Origin: Candidatus Hydrogenedentota bacterium
Lineage (GTDB): Bacteria; Hydrogenedentota; Hydrogenedentia; Hydrogenedentales; JAEUWI01
Reading direction: 5' to 3'
Assembly: GCA_034669905.1 (NCBI GenBank)
Contig: JAXMOL010000010.1
Coordinates: 1-64,000, forward strand
Length of the DNA stretch: 64,000 nt
Part shown: piece by piece, positions 57,497 through 64,000 of the stretch
Numbering within the stretch: the first letter of the stretch is position 1
How the letters are laid out: each line of letters opens with the position of its first letter
The notes under the pieces: model-generated
Database searches by the model: none
The model's input: only the letters and a program-made list of their open reading frames with translations
What the model was told of the DNA's origin: nothing
Position numbers and translations under genes: made by a program

Positions 57497-58921
57497 ATGA
57501 ACCTCGACCTCGCCCACAGCAAAGCCATCACCCGACGTCAGTTCTTCAATCGCTCTGCCACGGGGGTGGGTGTCGCGGCACTGGCCTCCCTCCTCGGGGT
57601 CAACAGTGAGGCCGCCATCCAGACAAAGCTCTCCCACATGGCCCCTCGCGCCAAGCGGGTCATCTACATGTTTATGTCGGGCGCGCCGTCCCACCTGGAC
57701 CTCTATGACTATAAACCTTACCTCGTCAAACACGATGGCGAGCCCGTGCCCGAATCCTTCATGGAGCAGCGCTTCGCCTTTCTCAAAGGCGTGCCCAATA
57801 TTGGCGGCACGCGGTGGCAGTTTAAACAACATGGCCAGAGCGGTGCGTGGTTCAGCGAACTGCTCCCCCACATAGCCACCATCGCCGACGACATTGCCGT
57901 CGTCCAGTCCATGCACACCGAGCAATTTAATCACGACCCGGCGGTCACCTTTCTGAATAGCGGTTCGCCTCTCACCGGACGGCCCTCCATGGGGGCCTGG
58001 GCGAGTTATGGCCTGGGCAGTGACAACCAGGACCTGCCCGCCTTTGTGGTCCTCAAATCGGGCGAAGGCACCCAGCCCATTCAGAGCCGCTATTGGGGCA
58101 ATGGCTTTTTGCCCTCTACCCACCAGGGCGTCCAATTCCGCAGCCAGGGCGACCCGGTCCTCTTTGTGAACAACCCCGACGGCATCGACCCGGCCCGCCG
58201 CCGCACCACCATCGACGCCATCAACCAGATGAACCGCTGGCAGTATGAAAGCGTGGGCGACCCCGAAATCGCGACCCGTATCGAGGCCTTTGAGCTCGCC
58301 TATCGCATGCAGACCAGCGTCCCTGAGCTCATGGACATCTCCAGCGAGCCTGAATCCGTCCACGAACTTTATGGCGTGGAGCCGGGCAAGACCTCTTTCG
58401 CCAACAACGCCCTCCTGGCCCGACGCCTGGTGGAGCGGGGCGTCCGATTCGTCCAACTCTTCCACACGGGCTGGGATCACCACGGCGGCTCGGGCAAACA
58501 AAACCTCATTGGCGACTTGCCCGTGGAAGCGGAGGCCATCGACCGCCCGGCGGCCGCCCTTGTGAAGGACCTCAAACAACGGGGCCTCCTGGACGAGACC
58601 CTCGTCATCTGGGGCGGCGAATTTGGCCGCACCCCCATGGTGCAGGGCAAGGTCACCAAAGAAAGTATGGGACGGGACCACAACCCCCGGGCCTTCACCC
58701 TCTGGATGGCAGGCGGCGGCATCCAACCCGGCATCGTCCACGGCGCCACCGACGAATTTGGTTACAATGTGGCGAAGGATCCGGTCCACGTCCATGACTT
58801 TCAGGCCACCATCCTCCACTGTCTGGGGATGGATCACGAGAAACTCACCTACCGATTCCAGGGCCGGGACTTCCGACTTACCGACGTGGCAGGCAAAGTG
58901 GTGGATGGCCTGCTGGCCTGA
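57497..58921 (+). CDS. DUF1501 protein (Tat signal)
   Basis: TRRQFF, AKRVIYMFMSGAPSHLDLYDYKP, LLARRLVERGVRFVQL, GWDHH, WGGEFGRTP, GRDHNP; ATG 57497. Confidence 0.93.
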   Translation: MNLDLAHSKAITRRQFFNRSATGVGVAALASLLGVNSEAAIQTKLSHMAPRAKRVIYMFMSGAPSHLDLYDYKPYLVKHDGEPVPESFMEQRFAFLKGVPNIGGTRWQFKQHGQSGAWFSELLPHIATIADDIAVVQSMHTEQFNHDPAVTFLNSGSPLTGRPSMGAWASYGLGSDNQDLPAFVVLKSGEGTQPIQSRYWGNGFLPSTHQGVQFRSQGDPVLFVNNPDGIDPARRRTTIDAINQMNRWQYESVGDPEIATRIEAFELAYRMQTSVPELMDISSEPESVHELYGVEPGKTSFANNALLARRLVERGVRFVQLFHTGWDHHGGSGKQNLIGDLPVEAEAIDRPAAALVKDLKQRGLLDETLVIWGGEFGRTPMVQGKVTKESMGRDHNPRAFTLWMAGGGIQPGIVHGATDEFGYNVAKDPVHVHDFQATILHCLGMDHEKLTYRFQGRDFRLTDVAGKVVDGLLA

Positions 58922-58989
58922 CCGGCGAAGTACCGTATGCTACATGACCGAATCCGCGACACCCACAGCTGCTGTTCAAAAGGAATTGT

Positions 58990-59610
58990 ATGATGAAATC
59001 GTTCTTGCTAATGGGTATCGTCGGCGTGGTAGCCCTTTGTGGCTATGCCGTTGCCGGCAATTATCTCCTGAGCATTGATGGCCAGGAGTTTGAAATTGAG
59101 TTGGGTGAAGAGACGGCACTCAGTCTCCCGGATGGCAATCGCGTTCAAATTAAACTGAACAAGAAAGCCATTGTGCGTTTCCAAACAGACACCTTCTCCT
59201 TCGAACATCCGAGCGCCTTTACCCCTTCGCGCACGAATCTGGGAGACGGCATCCATCAAACCATGATGAGCTCCCCCGTCGGCACCCTGGTTATGGTGCA
59301 AGAATATGGCGACATAGACCCTTCCACCCTGGTCGACCTCATGCTCAACGAGTTGACGAAGGAAGAAAAGAATTACGGCTACAAGATCGTCACTTCCTCC
59401 ACCACCAGGAAACTTACGGACGGCACAACCCTCTCCGGGAAGAAAGCCACTTCCACCTATCGGGGGGAAGAACGCACCTTACACGTCCTTTATCACGCCG
59501 TCAAAGATGCGGGGATTCTGTTCATTACGGGTATAGACGGCGATGCCACTTCCGAAGATCAGGCCATGATGACTACCTTTTGGAAATCGCTGGCGCTCTC
59601 GTTGGAGTAG
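58990..59610 (+). CDS. Hypothetical secreted protein
   Basis: AAGGA RBS; signal peptide MMKSFLLMGIVGVVALCGYAVA; no family recognised. Confidence 0.7.
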   Translation: MMKSFLLMGIVGVVALCGYAVAGNYLLSIDGQEFEIELGEETALSLPDGNRVQIKLNKKAIVRFQTDTFSFEHPSAFTPSRTNLGDGIHQTMMSSPVGTLVMVQEYGDIDPSTLVDLMLNELTKEEKNYGYKIVTSSTTRKLTDGTTLSGKKATSTYRGEERTLHVLYHAVKDAGILFITGIDGDATSEDQAMMTTFWKSLALSLE

Positions 59611-59633
59611 GCGGGTCGCTGGCGGAACCCCAT

Positions 59634-59816
59634 CGTGCCGCGCGATCCCGTGGAACGAGGATTCGTGTGCATGGATGTAGCATCAATCACCCTGGGAACC
59701 GGGCTCTGGACCCACGCACGAACCCTTTCCGAAAGCCCTACTTCCCGCCAAATGCCATCAATCCATCCCAATCTCACCGCCCACCAATGACCCATCAAAC
59801 GGGATCGCGCGGCACG
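59634..59816. mobile_element. 183-bp MITE/REPIN-like element with perfect 18-bp terminal inverted repeats
   Basis: cgtgccgcgcgatcccgt (59634-59651) and acgggatcgcgcggcacg (59799-59816); a homologous copy lies at 61069-61661. Confidence 0.7.
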
Positions 59817-59935
59817 GCTGAGAATCTGGAAACCATCTTGATTCTCGAATCGCCTTCCATTTGAACTCCCGCCCCCATACCCTCTAAAGTAGCGCCACAC
59901 CTTTATACCTCATCAACCTACAAAAGGGTCTCATC

Positions 59936-60919
59936 ATGTGGCACGTCTTATTCCCATGCCTTACGCTCTTACTCTTCACCTGCCTTTCCGCCACCGCACA
60001 GGATGTAGAAGGCAGCGAAGATCACCCGGTCATCAGCCGCTACCCCGGCTCGGTAATCCAGCAATACATCGTAGAAAACTACCGGCCCTACAAGGTGCCC
60101 ATCGGCCCTGTCACGGGCTATCGCACGATTGGCGATTGGATCGAAACGGAAGGGCGCCTGACCCGGATTTACTATGGCCTCGATGGAGGCGAGCGCAGCC
60201 ATTCTGAGGTTTACAAGAACTATACCGACGCTCTCAAGGCCGCCGAGTTTGAGATTCTGGCCGAGGGGCTCTTTCCCGAGAGCAGCCAGAAGCCCGACGT
60301 GGGTAGCCGCCAGTGGCAGGGTGTCTTCTTCGCCGCCAATCCCTGGTCCGTCAATGGCCCCATCGGAAACATGGTCTCCGGCACCTCCAGCTCGGGGGGT
60401 AGCGGCACCATCATCGCACGCAAAGAACGGGCGGCGGGTGTGGTCTATGTCTGCGTCTCCGTCGAGCATCACAGCGACCAACATGTGGGTGCCCTCGTCG
60501 ATATCGTGGAAGTCGAAGCCGCTGAAACCGGACTCATCGTGGTGGATGCCGAAGCCATCGGGAAGGGCATCACCGAAAAAGGCCGCGTCGTGTTGGACGG
60601 CATCCTCTTCGACTACGACAAGGCCACCCTTCAGGCCGAATCCAAGGCGGCCCTGGAGCAGATAACCCGCTACCTCAAAGACAATCCCGACAAGCCCTTC
60701 TATGTCGTGGGTCACACCGACGCCAAAGGCAGCCTCGAATACAACCAGAAACTCTCCAGCGACCGGGCCAAAGCCGTGGTCGCCGCCCTCGTGAAGGACT
60801 ACGGCATCGCCGCCGACCGCCTCGAAGGCCACGGCGTCGGCCCATTGGTCCCTGTCTTCACCAACGAATCCGACGCGGGCCGGGAAAAGAATCGTCGCGT
60901 GGAATTGGTGGAGCGGTAG
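59936..60919 (+). CDS. OmpA-family protein with DUF4892-like N-terminal domain
   Basis: DVEGSEDHPVISRYPGSVI; ILFDYDKA.L..ES, VVGHTD..GS..YNQKLS..RA.AV, GR.KNRRVELVE. Confidence 0.9.
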   Translation: MWHVLFPCLTLLLFTCLSATAQDVEGSEDHPVISRYPGSVIQQYIVENYRPYKVPIGPVTGYRTIGDWIETEGRLTRIYYGLDGGERSHSEVYKNYTDALKAAEFEILAEGLFPESSQKPDVGSRQWQGVFFAANPWSVNGPIGNMVSGTSSSGGSGTIIARKERAAGVVYVCVSVEHHSDQHVGALVDIVEVEAAETGLIVVDAEAIGKGITEKGRVVLDGILFDYDKATLQAESKAALEQITRYLKDNPDKPFYVVGHTDAKGSLEYNQKLSSDRAKAVVAALVKDYGIAADRLEGHGVGPLVPVFTNESDAGREKNRRVELVER

Positions 60920-60968
60920 AACAAGCACTCTCTAAAAAAGCTTCGAGGGTACCACCTACAAAGTCTTC

Positions 60969-61016
60969 GGGTGCCACCCTCAAACGGAGGAGCGAAGCGG
61001 GGGAAGTTTGTGGGTG
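60969..61016 (+). repeat. Dispersed 48-bp hairpin repeat, copy 3
   Basis: gggtgccaccctcaaacggaggagcgaagcgggggaagtttgtgggtg; differs from 53242-53289 at two positions. Confidence 0.85.
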
Positions 61017-61068
61017 AAGGGATATCGAACACGAGCGCAGCCCATCCAGCACGACAGGAATACCGCAT

Positions 61069-61661
61069 CGTGCCGCGCGATGCTGAGGAACGAAGCTTCG
61101 TGCGCGTGGATGTAGCGTGAATCGCTCCTAGTGGTCTGATTCAACGTAGTGGGAACTTATTTGGCCAGTTCCGTTTCAGCCAACCCGCAAGCCAATTCCC
61201 CTCCTGGGAGGGGTTAGGGGTGGGTTTGCGGCGTTTTTCGTGACTTGACCCACCCCCAGCCCCTCCGAGGAGGGGAGTACTATCGGATATGGGTCGAGAA
61301 TCTCCATTAGAATCAGCAAGCACCGGCAGAGCCGGGGGTATGAGGAAAGGTCCTGAAGGGGCTGATTAGTCCACGAAGTGGGCGACATATCGTAGCCCAG
61401 GGCGCCGCGTAGCAAGTCCTGGGTCATCGTCAGGTTAGATGAACCCGCCGGAAAGGTAGAGCCTCATGAATTCTCACCAGCAGCGCTGGTGGATTAACTT
61501 AGATTTAATGACCCATCTGCCTGCATCAGACCACTAATACGTAAACCCCAGACCCACGCACGAACCCTTTCCTGGAACCCTGATGCACGTCTTCACGTCA
61601 CCAATTTCACCCCGACCTCAGGCGTTCCCTGCTCACCCACAGAACGGGATCGCGCGGCACG
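61069..61661. mobile_element. Second copy of the MITE-like element, interrupted by a nested insertion
   Basis: Left end cgtgccgcgcgat...ggaacga..ttcgtg.gc.tggatgtagc; right part gacccacgcacgaaccctttcc...acgggatcgcgcggcacg, both matching 59634-59816. Confidence 0.7.
61131..61534. mobile_element. 404-bp non-autonomous insertion with short terminal inverted repeats and flanking TA
   Basis: TA|GTGGTCTGATtCA ... TGcATCAGACCAC|TA; contains a 29-bp-arm palindrome at 61197-61276. Confidence 0.6.
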
Positions 61662-61753
61662 CCTGAAAAAATGGAGTTATATCGTGAAAGGAGGAGCATG
61701 TCGATGAGGACCACACCGGGCAGCCCTCACCTGCCCTGTGCTATCATGCCGCC

Positions 61754-62557
61754 GTGAGCAGCAAGGAATTCAAGGCCATCCAATACACCCCCAACGGCAC
61801 CAGCCCCGTGTCGGATCGCCTCCCCGTGGAGGCCGTGCTTCAGCTCAAGGTGAATGGAGTCGCCTACACCACCACCGTGCGTACCCCCGGTGACGACGAG
61901 GCCCTGGCCCGCGGTCTCCTCTTCACCGAGGGAGTCCTCGTCGATCCCGCCGTACGCCCCGAATTTCGCCACGTGCCCGACCCCGATAGCGGCCACACGG
62001 GCTGTCTGGAAATCATCGTGCCCGAGTCCGCCCTTGCCAAAGACATCGGTGGGCGGCGTTCTTCCATGACCAACGCCTCCTGCGGTTTCTGCGGCATACG
62101 GGAACCCGAGGAACTGGCCCTCGTCGGCGCGCCCGTGGTAGCCCCGCCGGGAAAACGTCTTGAAGCCAAGCGCATTCCCGAGTTGATGGCCGCCCTCGCC
62201 GCGCGCCAGCCCCTCTTCACAGAGACCGGTGGCGTGCACGGTGCCCTGGCCTTCACCGTTGACGGCACGCCCCTCGCCGCCCACGAAGACATCGGCCGCC
62301 ACAACGCAGTGGACAAAGTCATCGGCGACCTCCTGCTTCAGGGGCAACTCGCTGAAGCCGTGGGCGTCGTGGTCAGTGGACGGCTCTCCTACGAGATCGT
62401 CTTCAAGGCCTACCAGGCAAAATGGCCCTACCTCCTCGCCGTGTCCGCCCCGTCGTCGCTGGCCATAGAAATGGGCGAACGCTTCGGCATGTCCATCGTG
62501 GGCTTCTGCCGTGAGGGTCGGGCCACGGTCTATAGTCGCCCCGGGTTGGTGACCTGA
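61754..62557 (+). CDS. fdhD: Formate dehydrogenase accessory sulfurtransferase
   Basis: RTPGDDEALARGLLFTEG, SCGFCG, FTETGGVHGA, EDIGRHNAVDKVIG, SGRLSYEIV.KA, AVSAPSSLAI, GFCR. Confidence 0.95.
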   Translation: MSSKEFKAIQYTPNGTSPVSDRLPVEAVLQLKVNGVAYTTTVRTPGDDEALARGLLFTEGVLVDPAVRPEFRHVPDPDSGHTGCLEIIVPESALAKDIGGRRSSMTNASCGFCGIREPEELALVGAPVVAPPGKRLEAKRIPELMAALAARQPLFTETGGVHGALAFTVDGTPLAAHEDIGRHNAVDKVIGDLLLQGQLAEAVGVVVSGRLSYEIVFKAYQAKWPYLLAVSAPSSLAIEMGERFGMSIVGFCREGRATVYSRPGLVT

Positions 62558-62626
62558 TCCGACGCTCCGAAATCCCGCAACGCCTATGCTAAACTGACGG
62601 GCAAACGCTAACCGTCGGGATTTACC

Positions 62627-64000
62627 ATGAGCGACTCACCGAAGCAAAACAAAAAGTGGACGCCTTCCAATTGGGCCAGTCCCGTACCCTTCGGTTTGGG
62701 CGAGCAGGGGCCCAACAATTTCTACGAAGTTTTCCGCGCGGGCTGGGAAAACAAGGACGAGTTGGCCTATGCCTGGCGCATTCTCAGTGATGGGGTCTGT
62801 GATGGCTGTGCCTTGGGCACGAGCGGCCTGAAAGACTGGACCCTCGACGGCCCCCACCTCTGCAATATCCGCCTTCGTCTCCTGCGCCTCAACACCATGC
62901 CCGCCCTCGACGCGTCGCGGCTGGAGGATGTCGCCCCCCTCGCGGCCATGAAGAGCGCCGAACTCCGTGACCTGGGCCGTCTCCCCTACCCCATGCTCCG
63001 GGCCAAGGGCGAGAAGGGCTTCCGGCGCATCACCTGGGACGCCGCCCTGGACCTTGTGGCCGACCGCATCAAACAGAGCACTCCCGAGCGGTTTGCGGCC
63101 TACCTCACCAGCCGGGGCATTCCTAACGAGACCTATTACACGGCGCAGAAATCCGTGCGGGCCATGGGCTCCAACAACATCGATAATGCGGCGCGTATCT
63201 GCCACAGCCCCAGCACCACGGCCCTCAAGACCACCATCGGCGCCGGGGCCACCACGTGCTCCTACAGCGACTGGCTCAAGAGCGATCTCATCGTCTTCTT
63301 CGGCTCCAACATGGCCAACAATCAGCCCGTGGCCACCAAATACATCCACTACGCGAAGAAGAATGGCGCGAAGGTGGTGGCGGTCAACAACTACGAAGAG
63401 CCGGGCATGGCCCGCTACTGGATTCCCTCGGTGCCGGAGAGCGCCCTCTTTGGCACCAAAATCGCCGACCGCTTTTTCACCGTCAACATAGGCTCCGACG
63501 TGGCCTTTATTAACGGCACCTTGAAACACCTGATTGAGAACGACTGGGTTGACCACGATTTCATTGCCGAGCATGGCGCGGACTTCGAATGCCTCCAGGC
63601 CAGCCTCGCGGAGCAATCGTGGGAAATGCTGGAGGCCTACTGCGGCGTTTCCAAAGAGGCCATGCGGGGCTTTGCCCTCATGATTCGCGATGCCCGGCGG
63701 GCGGTCTTCGTCTGGAGCATGGGCATCACCCAACACGTCCAGGGCGTGGACAACGTGCGCGCCATCGTGAACCTGGCCCTCACCAAAGGATTCGTGGGCC
63801 GCGAAGGCTGCGGCCTCATGCCCATCCGGGGCCACTCAGGCGTCCAGGGCGGCGCCGAAATGGGGGCCTACGCCACAGCCTTCCCCGGTGGACTCCCGGT
63901 CAACGCCGAGAATGCCGCAGCCCTCTCGAAACAGTGGGGATTCCCCGTGTCCCATGGACCAGGACTATCCGCCACCGAGATGATTTCCGCCGCCGACCAA
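62627..64000 (+). CDS. FdhF/YdeP-family molybdopterin oxidoreductase (runs off the window end)
   Basis: Not in the ORF track; ATG 62627 reads MSDSPKQ...GVCDGCALG...HLCNIRL...YLTSRGIPNETYY...NNIDNAARICHSPS...WSMGITQH...PIRGHSGVQGGAEMG. Confidence 0.92.
   Translation, partial: MSDSPKQNKKWTPSNWASPVPFGLGEQGPNNFYEVFRAGWENKDELAYAWRILSDGVCDGCALGTSGLKDWTLDGPHLCNIRLRLLRLNTMPALDASRLEDVAPLAAMKSAELRDLGRLPYPMLRAKGEKGFRRITWDAALDLVADRIKQSTPERFAAYLTSRGIPNETYYTAQKSVRAMGSNNIDNAARICHSPSTTALKTTIGAGATTCSYSDWLKSDLIVFFGSNMANNQPVATKYIHYAKKNGAKVVAVNNYEEPGMARYWIPSVPESALFGTKIADRFFTVNIGSDVAFINGTLKHLIENDWVDHDFIAEHGADFECLQASLAEQSWEMLEAYCGVSKEAMRGFALMIRDARRAVFVWSMGITQHVQGVDNVRAIVNLALTKGFVGREGCGLMPIRGHSGVQGGAEMGAYATAFPGGLPVNAENAAALSKQWGFPVSHGPGLSATEMISAADQ

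Noticed and set aside
61141..61427. Small ORFs (60 and 83 aa) inside the nested element as transposase remnants
   Set aside because: The translations derive from palindromic repeat DNA and show no DDE or HUH motifs.
63190..63215. Selenocysteine recoding in the Fdh-like gene
   Set aside because: The ligand codon is TGC (Cys); the frame is open without TGA.

Overview
A GC-rich bacterial chromosomal window; the gene content (DUF1501/DUF1549/DUF1553 planctomycete-type cytochrome clusters, a giant DUF5011/beta-helix surface protein) suggests a PVC-like or Ca. Hydrogenedentota-like organism, but that is inference only. It opens with two tandem paralogous secreted fibre-like genes (shared N-terminal domain and coiled stalk, compositionally distinct tip). 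Next come a NUDIX hydrolase, aspS, two DUF3592-like membrane proteins, a TPR lipoprotein and the ffh-rpsP-khpA-rimM-trmD-rplS-rnhB cluster. These are followed by an ECF sigma/ZAS anti-sigma/YbjQ unit, glyA, a 2107-aa surface protein with a Cys-containing C-terminal anchor, and a GldA-GldF/G(fused)-DUF4340-HtrA operon with a sigmaE-like promoter. Between about 34.8 and 58.9 kb lie three separate DUF1501 + DUF1549/DUF1553 cytochrome-c modules: one includes a cytochrome-WD40-PPC fusion, one encloses a GntP permease, and one is split by two back-to-back ParDE toxin-antitoxin pairs. The right part also carries comEA, panE, an OmpA-family gene, fdhD and a truncated FdhF/YdeP gene. Intergenic DNA holds several small repeat families, including a 183-bp MITE-like element whose second copy carries a nested TA-flanked insertion, a 3-copy hairpin repeat, and heptamer/nonamer tandem arrays. 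No rRNA, tRNA, CRISPR array, transposase or integrase was recognised. All family assignments are from motif recognition by eye, not database searches.
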